A stretch of 64,000 bases of DNA from contig OX597842.1 of NCBI GenBank assembly GCA_951406725.2, forward strand, positions 11,780,001-11,844,000, given 5' to 3'. Made by a program: the position numbers and the translations under genes. Below, one piece after another: positions 1 through 14,026 of the stretch (the first letter of the stretch is position 1; each line of letters begins with the position of its first letter). The notes below the pieces were generated by a model. The model ran no database searches. It had not been told where the DNA came from and worked only from the letters and a program-made list of their open reading frames with translations. The stretch is from Octopus vulgaris. Its lineage: Eukaryota.

Positions 1-92
1 TCGTTTTGCTTACCATAATACATTATTATTATATAAAAGGCTCGTGGGGCCATACTGTTCCCTACAGTATTGACATATAAGCCTTTAAAATA

Positions 93-970
93 TTGGGTCA
101 TCCCATAAATAATGCAGTCTTTTCAATTGCATGAACTAAAATCGGTGGGGGAAGTGATAAACTAACTGCATCCAAATTGCTATAAAAGCAGGTAGTAATT
201 TTACCTTGTACTTATTCTTAGTGCAAGTTTTGAAGAGTGCAGTTTGATTTTAACAGCTTTAATGGAAGTGACAAAGGAACATATTCAGCACATTTTCCTT
301 TATGAGTTCAACAAAGGCACCAATGTAGCAGAAGGTGCGAGGAATATTAATTCAGTGTTATGGGATTGGACAATAAGCGTAAACCAGTGTCAACGATTAT
401 TCCAGAAATTCTGAGCTGGAAACTATAGCCTTGAAGACGAGTCTTGCCCTCGAAGATCTGTAGAGCTCGACGAGGGCGTCCTGCAAACCTAGGCAGAACA
501 AAATCCCTTCCTAACTGTTACGGAATTAGAAGAGAAGCTTGGATTTGGTCATTCAACCATTCATCGACGTCTGTACTAGAAGAAAAGTGACCATCTTTGG
601 TTTCAAGACGAAAGGTGTTCTTTCATCAGGATAATGCTTGGCCACGTACAGCGAGGATGGCATTCCAAAGACTGGAGTAGTTTGAATGGGAAACGATGTC
701 TCACCCACCATATTCCCCAGACATTACCCCATCTGATTATCATTTATTCCGCAGTCTTCAAAATCATTTGGACAGGAAAAATATGAATTCTGTAGACGAG
801 GTCAGAACAATACTGGAGGAGTATTTTCCGTGGCGGACAAATGAATTTTAGAAGAGGGGCCTTGCAAGAGCACTGTAGAAATTGAAGGAGAGTATATTTC
901 AGATTAAAAAAAGGAACTTTGAAAAATAAAAGAAGTATAAAAAAAGGGCATTGTTTATGGGATGACCCAA
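93..970 (+). mobile_element. Internally deleted mariner transposon with TIRs and TA target duplication
   Basis: TA|TTGGGTCATCCCATAAATAATGC at 91-115 and GCATTGTTTATGGGATGACCCAA|TA at 948-972. Decayed transposase from ATG 262 (MEVTKEHIQHIFLYEFNKG), with HQDNAWPRTA and HPPYSPDITPSDYHLF motifs. Middle of the ORF is missing and stops are present. Confidence 0.93.
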
Positions 971-1359
971 TACTTGGGAAGAAGGAACAATAACTCCCGA
1001 AATATGTATATACACCCAAATACCTATTTTTCTATTTTCGATCGCACTGTTTACATAGGCGTATTCGTATACATGACATAACTTTCAGTGCAGGCTCAAA
1101 TTTCTATAGAAAATCAGTAAGGATAACTTTAGAATATGATGATGCTGTTAATTCATCAGAGAATTATCTTCCACCGAGCATCTGCGAACGTGTCAAGTAT
1201 GCAAAATGGTCGTAACCATCAAAATTTTGTCATAATATCAATGGGTTTATAAACAGTCAGGTCTGGGATAGTTAAGGAAGATGCTCAGTTGCTAATGGAG
1301 CAACAGAGTTGAAATGTATAGCTGTTACAGTTATTCCTTTTCGCCTCTTTGCGACCATT

Positions 1360-1743
1360 GGAAGCACTCCGTCGGTTACGACGACGAGGGTTCCGGTTGA
1401 TCCGAATCAACGGAACAGCCTGCTCGTGAAATTAACGTGTAAGTGGCTGAGCACTCCACAGACACGTGTACCCATAACGTAGTTCTCGGGGATATTCAGC
1501 GTGACACAGAGAGTGACAAGGCCGGCCGTTTGAAATACAGGTACAACAGAAACAGGAAGTAAGAGTGAGAGAAAGTTGTGGTGAAAGAGTACAGCAGGGA
1601 TCACCACCATCTCCTGCCGGAGCCTCGTGGAGCTTTAGGTGTTTTCGCTCAATAAACACTCACAACGCCCGGTCTGGGAATCGAAACCGCGATCCTACGA
1701 CCGCGAGTCCGCTGCCCTAACCACTGGGCCATTGCGTCTCCAC
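1360..1743 (-). mobile_element. tRNA-derived SINE, family B, tail type 1
   Basis: Minus strand starts GTGGAGACGCAATGGCCCAGTGGTTAGGGCAGCGGACTCGCGG...GGTTTCGATTCCCAGACC (A and B boxes). The same head occurs at 21967 and a tail fragment recurs at 21324-21405. Confidence 0.88.
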
Positions 1744-2041
1744 TTGCGACCATACTGTACGTATGAAAGCAATATTTATATTCGGCGTAGCAGAGAGTCT
1801 TGACCAAGATCCTTTCCCCACGCCAGCTAGTTCTACACCCCACATTGAAAATCTTCACTGTTATACAATAACCACAAGTCCACAGGATCATTATGCCCTC
1901 CCTCTGGTTCTTCTACCGCCACTCAATCCTGTAGCTAACACTACATATTCAAATCCTTCTTCCTGTTTCAGAATTAAGTATCTATTTCAATGAAATCCAG
2001 CAATATTTTTTAACTGACACAATTTTATGTTTATTACTTAA

Positions 2042-2433
2042 CTAGCAGTATGGCCCGGCGTTGCTCGGGTTTGTTTCGACCCTTTAGAATTGGAATTTTT
2101 GGAAAGTAAAAATTTTGCATTATGTAGCTTGTTATTCTCTTTAAGTGAACATTTTTCTGGTTGAAATACACCGAAAAATGGCGACACAGCGGTCAAAAAA
2201 TTGTAAAAGATAGGGATTTTCATAGAAAAAAAGCCCCTTTTTAATGTAAATAATTTTTGGTGTTAACATGGTCCAATTTGAAATTTATCTTCTAAGGAAT
2301 GAAGAGCAAGCCTTCTTCTATCATACTCTCAATTTTGATCAACTTGCGCTGCAAGGTCTCTGAGGAGATAGTGTTAGTTGAAGGCTACCAAACGTGCCAT
2401 ACGCAGACAACTTCAGCTTTATAGATAGAGAGA
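2042..2433 (-). mobile_element. Non-autonomous Helitron
   Basis: Minus strand reads A|TCTCTCTATCTATAAAGCTGAAGTTGTC ... CCCGAGCAACGCCGGG hairpin ... CTAG|T. Termini are shared with the element at 50801-51160. Confidence 0.75.
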
Positions 2434-2543
2434 TTGTGATACTAAAACATTTACATTTATAAATCTAATGTCAAAACTTTATTCCAAATTTTCAAAAGAA
2501 AAAATTGTTTGATTTGCCTAATAGTGGTTTTATCTCTAATTTA

Positions 2544-2623
<80 letters not shown>

Positions 2624-2767
2624 GTTTAATTATTTGTTGTGCAAGATTTTTTTATGTGAAGTCGTGTGTTGAAAATAAATAATATTGAAGCAAAATAACA
2701 CCAAATATATAGTGCGTGTGTTTTTATTGGCTAAACTGGCAAAATGACCATTCCGAAATATAAAAAT

Positions 2768-2906
<139 letters not shown>

Positions 2907-3136
2907 CATATATATATACGTATATATACACATATATATATAGTTAATATATATATAGTTAATATAAACACCAATGTCTCACTAAAAACGAGAATTATAA
3001 TTGTCATTAAATGTGACCAGGGTGTCAAGAGACACCTACATTGTGCTAGAAATAAGAGCTAAAATACTCTAACGTTGCAGTTAACGCAAATGAATAAAAA
3101 TAGGGACCTGAATCGTTTGCAATGTGTCGATCATAG

Positions 3137-3179
3137 TACTGACGTCTGTTTCGGCAATTTCCATTGCTTCATCAGTCAA
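3137..3179 (-). ncRNA. Degenerate hammerhead-like motif
   Basis: Minus strand CTGATGA-agcaat-ggaa-attgcc-GAAA-cagacg-TC. Stem II forms, but stem I pairing is not resolved. Confidence 0.45.
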
Positions 3180-3210
3180 GCCCACTCGATTCATCAGTAA
3201 TAAATATATG

Positions 3211-3256
<46 letters not shown>

Positions 3257-3521
3257 TGTATGTGTGTGTGTGTGTATGTGTCTTTCTGCCTGTGTTTGTC
3301 GCCCGCCATCTCTTTATAAACGGTGTTGGTTTGTTTACGTTCTCATAACCCCAGCGGTTCGGCAAAACAAAAAGACTGTTGTGGTTTTGTCGGAGTAAAA
3401 CTCTTCAAGGCGATGCTCCATCATGGCCACAGTCCAATGACTGAAATAAATATAAGATAAAAGATGTATGAAAACACAGAACATGTTTATAATATTGGGA
3501 CACCTTGACGGCCACATTGAC

Positions 3522-3760
3522 TCTTCTTCTTTTTCTTCTTTTTCTTCTTCTTCTTCATCTTCTTTTTCTTCTTCTTCTTCTTTTTCTTCTTCTTCTTCTT
3601 CTTCTTTTTCTTCTTCTTCTTCTTCTTCTTCTTCTTCTTCTTTTTCTTCTTTTTCTTCTTCTTCTTCTTCTTCATCTTCTTCTTCTTCTTTTTCTTCTTC
3701 TCCCTTCTCTCCTTACTTTTCTTCTTCTCCCTTCTCTCCTTACTTTTCTTCTTCTTCTTC

Positions 3761-3800
<40 letters not shown>

Positions 3801-3926
3801 CATTATTTCTTCCTCCTCCTCCCCCTCTTTTCCTTGCACTGCCTTCGCAACTCCTTCTTCTTTCCCTTCTTCATCAACTTCTTTTTCTTCTTCTCCCTTC
3901 TCTCCTTACTTTTCTTCTTCTTCTTC

Positions 3927-3978
<52 letters not shown>

Positions 3979-4288
3979 TATCATTATTGTTATTTCTTCC
4001 TCCTCTTTTTCTTCCACTTCCTCTTCTGCTTCTTCTTTTTCTACTTCCACTTCCTTTCCTTCTCCTTACTTCTCCTTTTCTTCTTCCTCTACTTCTTCCC
4101 TTACCTTTTTCTTCTCACTTCTCCCTCTTTCCTCTCCATCCTTCTTCTCTTTCCTCTTCCTCGTCTTCTCCGCTTAACTCACCACAACCACCACCACCAC
4201 CATCATCACTACTACTACTACTACTACCACCACTACAACTACTACTACTACCACCACTACAACTACTACTACTACTACTACTACTACA

Positions 4289-4329
<41 letters not shown>

Positions 4330-4330
4330 A
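3522..4330. repeat. Compound (CTT)n/(ATT)n/(ACT)n microsatellite
   Basis: Direct reading. Includes a duplicated TTTTCTTCTTCTCCCTTCTCTCCTTAC block. Confidence 0.95.
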
Positions 4331-4697
4331 ACGCTTCCGTTTACTTCACTTCCGCCTTTATCTCCTTCCGCCTTTTTTCGCGTCATCTCCGCGCTCTTCC
4401 CTCCTTCCTCTCCCTGCCACTCTGCACTCCCACCTTTTGTCATCTCCTCCTCCTACGCCCCCTCCCCTTCACATCTATTATCCTCTCTTTTTCATCCTCT
4501 TCATCCGCGCTCTTCTTTTTCTTCTTCTTTCATTATCGAAAGTGGTTCTGTTTGTTGGCGATTTCGTTGGGTGTTTTTTTTTTCCTCTTTTGATATTTTA
4601 CCGTGTCTAACTTCTCATTTCATCACCGTCATATTTTAGTTATAGATATACACGTGTATATATACATACATATATATGCACACATATATATATACAT

Positions 4698-4762
<65 letters not shown>

Positions 4763-4770
4763 TCTATATG

Positions 4771-4814
<44 letters not shown>

Positions 4815-4908
4815 TATGTATGTATATATTCATATACATATATGTGTGGGTGTTCATATGTAAATGTATGTATAATTATATACGCGTATTCATATATATA
4901 TATATATG

Positions 4909-4951
<43 letters not shown>

Positions 4952-5004
4952 GCATGCACACATAAATGTGCGCTTATACATGTATATGAGTATATTTATA
5001 TATT

Positions 5005-5035
<31 letters not shown>

Positions 5036-5809
5036 ATATAAATATATATATACACGTGTACATATTCATATATTAGAGAGAGAGAGAGAAAAGGGGACAA
5101 ATATATATATATGTGTGTGTTTATATATACACATAAATGCATATACACATGCGCACATACACATGTATAAATTGATGCGTTTATGAGCTTCCATATTTCT
5201 CTCTCACTTTCCACACACACACACACACACACACATACACATATACAAACACACATACAAACACACCACTATTCTTGGAGTCTGGTTTTTACCAGCGATT
5301 TACCATTCCACAAGATGACAGCTGATAATGAGGCAAGATCGATTTACCGAAGTCAGACATCTGTGGAGAATTCTAAGAACCTTCTTTTGGTACCAACTGA
5401 TTAGATTAGGGGCGGGTGGGGGCGTGGGAGTGTATATACGTGTGCGTGTAGGTGTGCGTGTGTATGTATATGTGTATGTGTGTGTCTTTGTGCATCTGTG
5501 TGCGTGTGTCCAAATACATATATATGTATGTATGTATGTTTGTATAGGAATGTGTGCATATGTATGTGTATGTATGTGTTTAACTGTATGTATGTGTGTG
5601 TCCATATTTATATGCATATATATGTGTGTGTGTGTTTGCGTGTATGTGGGTGCGTGCGTGTGTATGCGTGTGTATTTCTCTGTGTGTGCGTATGTGTGTA
5701 AATTTCTATATAGGTTGTGTAATAATATACGTGTATGAATATATATCTGCTTATATATGTATATGTATGTGTAAATATATGTAAGAATTTATGTATGTAT
5801 ATATACAAA

Positions 5810-5873
<64 letters not shown>

Positions 5874-6098
5874 ATATAAGCATATATATACATATGTATA
5901 TGTGTATATCTATATCTATGTATATATATGTGTGTGTATATATTTCTACATGTATCTATATATATATATGCATTTGCGTATACATATGTATATGTGTGTG
6001 TATGTATGTGTATATGTCTGTACACAGATACATATATATGTATACAAAGATACATATATATATAGATATATATATATATACATATATATAGATATATA

Positions 6099-6144
<46 letters not shown>

Positions 6145-6148
6145 CATG

Positions 6149-6327
6149 GGTGCATGAGTGGCTGTGTGATAAGTAGCTTGCTTACCAACCACATGGTTCC
6201 GGGTTCAATCCCACTGCGTGGCACCTTGGGCAAGTGTCTCCTGCTATAGCCTCGGGCCAACCGAAGCCTTGTGAATGGGTTTGGTAGACGGAAACTGAAA
6301 GAAGCCCGTCGTGTATATGTATAGATA

Positions 6328-6377
<50 letters not shown>

Positions 6378-6563
6378 TCCCCCAACATCGCTTGACAACC
6401 GACGCTGGTGTGTTTACGTCCCCGTAACTTAGCGGTTAGGTAGAACAGAGTGATAGAATAAGTACTAGGCTTACAAAGAATAAGTCCTGGGGTCGATTTG
6501 CTCGACTAAAGGCGGTGCTCCAGCATGGCCGCAGTCAAATGACTAAAACAAGTAATAGAGTAA
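6149..6563 (+). mobile_element. SINE family A (dominant tRNA-type SINE with internal TA/TG microsatellite), full length
   Basis: Head GAGTGGCTGTGTG..GGTTCCGGGTTCAATCCC, CORE-like ACCTTGGGCAAGT, internal (TG)n, tail GGCGGTGCTCCAGCATGGCCGCAGTCAAATGACT. More than 15 full or partial copies in the window. Confidence 0.92.
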
Positions 6564-6764
6564 TTACATTACATATCCTGTCCTCTGGCTGACCTTTGGA
6601 GGCGTCACTGATGACCTTGTGACCAAATCCTTCCACCTGTGTCAGTCTTCTACCTCTCGTTTTGTGTCTCATCTTTAGGTCTGATCCCTCATCTCTTTCT
6701 GTGTCTGCCTCTGCGTCCGCCATCTTTGACTGTTCCCGGAAGGTTTGTTTTGGCCATCCCTGAT

Positions 6765-7540
6765 GGAAGTTGTTATCATGTACATTGTTTTGTCTTGGTA
6801 TAAAAGATGGGCTACAGCAAATATTCTGCTCAATACCACAGATTTTCTAATGCCCTGATGCAGTACCAGGCAGTGGCTCTCGTGGCTTCTGATCTCAACT
6901 GATTGGAAGTGTTATCATGTACATTGTTTTGTCTTGGTATAAAAGATGAGCTACAGCAAATATTCTGCTCAATACCACAGATTTTCTAATGCCCTGATGC
7001 AGTACCAGGCAGTGGCTCTCGTGGCTTCTGATCTCAACTGATTGGAAGTGTTATCATGTACGTTGTTTTGTCTTGGTATAAAAGATGGGCTACAGCAAAT
7101 ATTCTGCTCAATACCACAGATTTTCTAATGCCCTGATGCAGTACCAGGCAGTGGCTCTCGTGGCTTCTGATCTCAACTGATTGGAAGTGTTATCATGTAC
7201 ATTGTTTTGTCTTGGTATAAAAGATGGGCTACAGCAAATATTCTGCTCAATACCACAGATTTTCTAATGCCCTGATGCAGTACCAGGCAGTGGCTCTCGT
7301 GGCTTCTGATCTCAACTGATTGGAAGTGTTATTATGTACATTGTTTTGTCTTGGTATAAAAGATGGGCTACAGCAAATATTCTGCTCAATACCACAGATT
7401 TTCTAATGCCCTGATGCAGTACCAGGCAGTGGTTCTCGTGGCTTCTGATCTCAACTGATTGGAAGTGTTATCATGTACATTGTTTTGTCTTGGTATAAAA
7501 GATGGGCTACAGCAAATATTCTGCTCAATACCACAGATTT
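6765..7540 (+). repeat. 139-bp tandem repeat (about 5.5 units) derived from one end of the adjacent element
   Basis: GCCCTGATGCAGTACCAGG recurs at 6852, 6991, 7130, 7269 and 7408 (period 139). Confidence 0.95.
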
Positions 7541-7695
7541 GCTTGTCAGTTGTTTGACCTTAACCAGTTGACCATGTCCCTTAGTGGCTGACGATATGTG
7601 CATCTCTGACCACGAAGAAAATTAGTGGGGGACATCATAGCCATTGGTTGAGAGGAAATCTTTGGGATCTTTATAATTCACCTTTGCAAACAATG

Positions 7696-8249
7696 GCCTG
7701 ATGCAATACCAGGCAGTGGCTCTCATGGCTTCTGATCTCAACTCATTGGAAGTGTTATCATGTACATTGTTTTGTCTTGGTATAAAAGATGGGCTACAGC
7801 AAATATTCTACTCAATACCACAGATTTACTTGTCAGTTGTTTGACCTTAACCAGTTGAGCATGTTCCTTGGGGGCTGACGATATGTGCATCTCTGACCAC
7901 GAGCAGAAGTAGTGGGGGAGCATCATAGCCATGTGTTGAGAGGTATTCTTTGGGGTTTGAATAATTCACCTCTGGAAATATGGGTGGTTCGTTCAACATC
8001 CTTAAACAACCCTTATTCAGGGACCTTTTGAGCGGGATGGGTTACTCGACCAGAAGAAAATTCTAACTGGGCCCCACCTGCAAGGTCATGTGCTGTTTAT
8101 CTTGATATGAGATCAACATGTCGCGCACATATGGTTTTGATGCATGTGCCTGGTGTACCCTTATCAGACGGGTAGTCATGATGGGTATACTGGGCTTCGT
8201 ATATTTTACCCTAGTGTCACTTTGATGGCATGCACTGCTCTCTCACTCA
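7696..8249. mobile_element. Unclassified ~550-bp non-coding interspersed element abutting (AAT)n
   Basis: Begins with the 139-bp unit, is partly duplicated at 7408-7690 and ends ...CTCTCTCACTC followed by (AAT)n. A reverse-complement fragment lies at 55067-55145. Confidence 0.65.
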
Positions 8250-8272
8250 AAAATAATAATAATAATAACAAC

Positions 8273-8316
<44 letters not shown>

Positions 8317-8349
8317 CAATAATAATAATAATAATAATAATAATAATTT

Positions 8350-8578
8350 ATTTCTTTACTACCCACAAGGGGCTAAACACAGAGAGGACAAACAAACAGG
8401 GACAGACAAACGGATTAAGTCGATTATATCAACCCCAGTGCGTAACTGGTACTTAATTTATCGATCCCGAAAGGATGAAAGGCAAAGTCGACCTCGGCGG
8501 AATTTGAACTCAGAACGTAACGGCAGACGAAATACGGCTACGCATTTCGCCCGGCGTGCTAACGGTTCTGCCAGCTCG
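8350..8578 (-). mobile_element. SINE family C (Meta/MESC-like core) with Tx1-like tail
   Basis: Minus strand GCGAGCTGGCAG head, GAGTTCAAATTCC box B, core GCCTTTCATCCTTTCGGGATCGATAAATTAAGTACC, tail TAGCCCCTTGTGGGTAGTAAAGAAAT followed by (ATT)n. Confidence 0.85.
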
Positions 8579-8776
8579 CTTTGTCCTGTGTTTGGCCTTA
8601 CATGTTTTTGATTTATATTAGACCTTGTGGCCAATAAACCAGAATAATAATAATAATAAAAACAAGAGATGTCTCGCCAGTCTGGCGATATAAACCTGCA
8701 GAATATTCTGTTTCATTCTTGTTTTGTCCTATAATGGCTTCGTAATCTTAATAGACATGTAAAAAGAAATCCAACG

Positions 8777-8846
<70 letters not shown>

Positions 8847-8851
8847 CAGTT

Positions 8852-8882
<31 letters not shown>

Positions 8883-8887
8883 GAGTT

Positions 8888-8972
<85 letters not shown>

Positions 8973-9002
8973 TAGTAGTAGCAGTAGTAGTAGTAGTAGT
9001 GA

Positions 9003-9061
<59 letters not shown>

Positions 9062-9062
9062 A

Positions 9063-9094
<32 letters not shown>

Positions 9095-9399
9095 ATAGTA
9101 GTAGTGGTAGTAGTAGTAGTAGTAGTTGTTGTTGTTGTGGTTGTGGTTGTCGTCGTTCGTCGTAGTAGTGGTATTGGTGATGATGGTGGTGGTGGTGGTG
9201 TAGAGATGGTTGTTGTTGTTGTGGTGGTGGTGGTGGTGGCGGTTGTGGCGTTCGTGGTGTTTGTTGTGGCTGTGGTGGTGTTGGAGGTCATCGTGGTCGT
9301 AATAGTAGTAGTAGTAGCAGCAGCACCAGCACCAGCAGTAGTAGTAGTAGCAGCAGCAGCACCAGCACCAGTAGCAGTAGTAGTAGCAGCAGCAGCTGC

Positions 9400-9437
<38 letters not shown>

Positions 9438-9585
9438 CAGTAGTAGTAGTAGTAGTATTAGTAGTAGTAGTAGTAGTAATGGTGGAGCTGGTTGTAGTGG
9501 AGGTTGTTGTTGTTGTGGGGTGGTGGTGAGGGTAGTGGTAGTGGTGGTAGTTGATAGAATAGAGGTGGTGGTGGTGGTGGTGGTA
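8777..9585. repeat. (GTA)n/(GCA)n/(GTG)n compound microsatellite
   Basis: Direct reading. Confidence 0.95.
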
Positions 9586-10321
9586 TATCTGTCTGTGTGT
9601 CTGTGTTTGTAATATGTCTGACCGCCATCACCGCTCGACGACCGGAGCCAGGCTCATTTGTTTCTACCTCCGCCGCCTCCCCCTCCACTGAAACTTAGCG
9701 GTTCGGCAAAAGACACCGCTAGAATAAGCACCAGACATTATAAACACAACACACACACACACACATAGGAATCGGATGAGGATGGAGGAGGCGGTGCGTA
9801 GGGGAGGGGGGTGCGAGCCATTCGTTGGAATAGAAACTAAACCCCTTCATGTCGGTTCGGTGCTCCAGCATGGCCGGCCGGCCGCAGCCCAATTGTAACA
9901 AGTGAAAGAAGGAAAGAGATGAAAGAGAGAAATTTTTTTCGAATAAAAAAAAAACAAAAAAAAGGAAGAAAATACATTTTTTTTTGTATATTTTTTATTG
10001 ATTTTTTGTTTTTCTTTGTTTGTATTTATTTATTTATTTATTTTACGAAAACGATTGGAAAAACAAAATATTTTTTTTTTTTTTTGTTTTTTTTTTTTTT
10101 TCACAAAGGAAACTAAAATCGATCTGTTACGAAAGAGTTCGATTTAATTTCCCTTTAATTTATCGTTTTTGAAACAACAAAACAATTTAATATGTGCGAG
10201 ATTTGTTTTACTTCTTTAGAAAATCAAAAAGAACCCGATTGTTATTATTATTATTATTTTTTTTTTTTTATTATTGTTGTTATTATTATTGTTGCTATTA
10301 TTATTGTTGTTGTTGTTTATG

Positions 10322-10769
10322 ATGGCGAGTTGGCAAAATTGTTAAGCCCGCCGGACAAAAAAATGCTTCGCGGCAATTTGTCCGTCTCCGTCGCTGCGTT
10401 TTAAGTTCGACTTTGCCTTTCATCCTTTCGAGGGTCGATAAATTAAGTACACTAGTGTCAATCAACTAGTCCTCATCCCACAAAATTTCGGGCCTTGTGC
10501 CTTTAGTAGAAAGTATTCTTGTGGTTGTTGTTGTGGTGACGGTGGTGGTGGTGGTTGTTGTTTATGGTGGTGATCAGACAGAATCGTTGGCACGCCAGGT
10601 AAAATGCTTAAAGTCATTTCATCCGTCCTCGCGTTCTGAGTTCAAATTCCGCCGAGGTCGACTTTGCCTTTCATCCTTAAGGAGTCAATGAATTAAGTAC
10701 CAGTTGAACATGGGATTCGATATAATTGACTTACTTCTACCCGTAAAATTGCTGGCCTTGTCCCAAAAA

Positions 10770-10770
<1 letters not shown>
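10322..10770 (+). mobile_element. Two diverged Meta-core SINE copies (10322-10515 and 10567-10770)
   Basis: GACTTTGCCTTTCATCCTT..GTCGATAAATTAAGTAC core in both copies, with GGCCTTGT tails. A similar decayed copy lies at 59155-59285. Confidence 0.75.
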
Positions 10771-10823
<53 letters not shown>

Positions 10824-10839
10824 GATAATTATTATTATT

Positions 10840-11356
10840 ATCATTGCCTTTGCATAGCTTCTAACGCTGGAGATGTTCTACGGTGTCAGCTGTTCACTAC
10901 CAGTGAACTAAGGTAACACCTCTTATTTTTCGAGCACCTTCCGGAGTATTCGAACGGTTCCATGCAGTGCTGTTTTCCGCGAGTGATCCACCCTTATTGC
11001 AGCCCCTATTTGTTCCATGTACTTCTCGAGATTTTTGCTCATTATTCCCAGGGCTCCGACAATTACTGGTAGCACTACCACCTTTTTCATCGACCACGAC
11101 TGCTTAACCTCCCAAGCTAACCTGTCATATCTCTCGACTTTCCTTTCTTCCTAATCGCATACCTTGTTGTCAGCTGGGCATGCTATATCTATAATCCAGC
11201 ATAGTTTGTTTTCTTTCTCAATGAAGACTATGTCTGGCTTCCTATTCTCAATCTCATGGTCGCACTGAATCATAAAATCCCATAGGATCTTTGCATTTCT
11301 ATTTTCGACGATGTCTTCAGGTTTGTGGCCGTACCAATTTTTTGCTCTGTCAAGCT
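10840..11356 (-). mobile_element. 5'-truncated R4/Dong-like non-LTR retrotransposon remnant (RLE domain)
   Basis: KILWDFMIQCDHEIENRKPDIVFIEK..WIIDIACPAD, a premature TAG at 11151, then KVERYDRLAWE..PVIVGALG..ILRKVLEK*. 3'UTR runs into (TAA)n. Confidence 0.88.
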
Positions 11357-11709
11357 GATAACCGGATCCTCCCTTCATGTAACAGCAAGTGCTCCACATA
11401 AACCCACGGTTCTAGGAACATGTTCCGTAAACATCTTTGCTGCAGGAAAACTCGCCGTAGGAAACTTTGCCGTAAGATAATTTCGCCATAGAAATGATTT
11501 CGAAGATATGGAAGGCAACCGGGTTTAGAGAAATCACAGCTCTGCGGCTATGCTGGAGCACCGCCTTTAGTCGAGCAAATCGACCCCAGGACTTATTCTT
11601 TTGTAAACCTAGTACTTATTCTATCGGTGTCTTTTGCCGAACCGGTAAGTTACGGAGGCGTAAACACACCAACATCGGTTGTCAAGCGATGGTGGGTGGG
11701 AAAAATACA

Positions 11710-11805
<96 letters not shown>

Positions 11806-11864
11806 TATATATATAGATAAATGAAAGAATGGAGTTGAACGACGATTTAACAAAATTCCTTTAT

Positions 11865-11945
11865 TCTCGACACATGTTTCGAAGACTGCATATTCTTAAT
11901 TCCGAAGGAATAAAGGGTGCATTATGCCGTCTTCTCATCAGGAAA
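11865..11945 (-). ncRNA. Type I hammerhead ribozyme motif
   Basis: tttc-CTGATGA-gaagac...gtcttc-GAAA-catgtg-TC-gaga. Stems I, II and a short stem III are present. Confidence 0.75.
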
Positions 11946-12059
11946 GACAAGGAACTTATGTCAGCATCATGACGAACAAAAACTTTTAGATGACTGCCCA
12001 CACGGAGTCCATAGTAATAATGAGTGTTTCTTAAAAATATTCCGTTATAAGCAGTGACG

Positions 12060-12098
<39 letters not shown>

Positions 12099-12435
12099 TC
12101 CCGGGTTGATTCGGGGTTAGTAATAATACTCAATATTAGCAGAATGAATTAAATTTACAGAAGGAGCTTCTAAAATCAGATTTAGGATTGAATCCAAGCT
12201 ATTTAATAGAAAAGCATTTATACATTTAGGCAGGTTTAAATTGGGGGACTTTTTTGGGGGTAGGCATAGCGCAAAACCATCATATTATGTTAAGGAGTCA
12301 GTGGTAAGTTAGATGAAAGAATAGATAAATAAAAAAATAAAAAAATAAAAAAATAATAAAAAAATAAAAAAATAAAAAATAAAATAAAAAAAAAAAAAAA
12401 GTACTAGTCCTGTAGAAGCTCCTTCTATATAATAA

Positions 12436-12471
<36 letters not shown>

Positions 12472-12709
12472 ATAATAAATATTAGGAATGAATCCAAATT
12501 TACAGGGAAAATCAGATTTAGGATTGAATCCAATTTTATAGTAAATATTATATAATATTAATTAGAGACAAAACCACTACAAATCAAACAAAGAAAGACT
12601 TAATCCAATACATAAAAAAATTGAATATAAATTAAATAAAATTAAATTACTACAATTGTTTCGTATACATATATATATACATATATATATACATATATAT
12701 ATATACATA

Positions 12710-12816
<107 letters not shown>

Positions 12817-12930
12817 GTATGTATGCATGTATGTATGGAGTGTTATATGCCTCCATTGTCATGGATGCTCTTTATTCTTTTTTACCCTTTTTATTCCTCC
12901 TTCTACACACTCTCTCTCTCTCTCTCTCTC

Positions 12931-12965
<35 letters not shown>

Positions 12966-13062
12966 TGCATTCCCTTATTTACTTACCTCTACTCTTTCCA
13001 TCACCCTTCTTTTTAGCAGTTCAATATATTTCGTAAGAAAAAATAATATATATATCTATATA

Positions 13063-13470
13063 GGCGCAGGGGTGGCTGTGTGGTAAGTAGATTGTTTACT
13101 AACCACATGGTTCCGGGTTCAGTTCCACTGCGTAGCATCTTGGGCAAGTGTCTTCTACTATAACCTCGGGCCGACCAAAGCCTTGTGAGTGGATTTGGTA
13201 GACGGAAACTGAAAGAAGCCTGTCGTATATATGTATATATGTGTGTGTGTGTGTGTGTGTGTATGTGTGTGTGTATGTGTTTGTCCCCCTAGCATTGCTT
13301 GACAACCGATGCTGGTGTGTTTACGTCCCCGTCACTTAGCGGTTCGGCAAAAGTGACCGATAGAATAAGTACTGGGCTTACAAAAGAATAAGTCCCGGGG
13401 TCGAGTTGCTCGATTAAAGGCGGTGCTCCAGCATGGCCGCTGTCAAATGACTGAAAAAAGTAAAAGAGTA
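13063..13470 (+). mobile_element. SINE family A, full length (5'-truncated copy follows at 13655-13908)
   Basis: Matches the 6149 copy over head, core and tail. Confidence 0.92.
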
Positions 13471-14026
13471 TATATACGCATACGTGCGTTTCAGAAGAAA
13501 TTAGACACCTTTCGTTATACTATTTCTTTGAAAAACCCGGTCTGGGAATCGAACCTATGATCTCGCAATCGTGAGTGCAACACCTCAACGACTAACCTAA
13601 GCGCCTTCACTATATATATAGTGTACTGTTCCGCAATGGTAAGATCAAAAAATAAGAAGCCCGTCGTGTATGTGTTTGTGTGTGTGTGTGCGTGCGTGTA
13701 TGTATGTTTGTGTTTGTGTTTGTCCCCTACATCGCTTGACAACCGATATGGGTGTGTTTACGTCCCCGTATCATAGCGGTTCGGCAAAAGCGACCGATAG
13801 ATTAAATACTAGGCTAACAAAGAATAAGTCCTGGGTCGATTTGTTTGACTAAAGGCGGTGCTCCAGTATGGCTGCAGTTAAATGACTGAAACAAGTAAAA
13901 GAATAAAATTATATATATATATATATAAAGTCCGTTTATTATCTAAATCTGATTTTTATAGAACTATCCCTGATGTTTCAGGAGTGTAGCCTCACCCCCT
14001 TAGACGTTTTGAGAACTCAGATGTTT

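Noticed and set aside
5297-5390. Possible small exon (AG|CGATTTACC...TTTG|GTACC); also a minus-strand CAG|GTAAG donor near 53530
   Set aside because: Weak splice context and no recognisable protein similarity. Cannot be supported without RNA data.
6765-7540. CRISPR-like periodicity here and at 63000-63826
   Set aside because: Whole units repeat with no unique spacers, there are no cas genes, and the context is eukaryotic.
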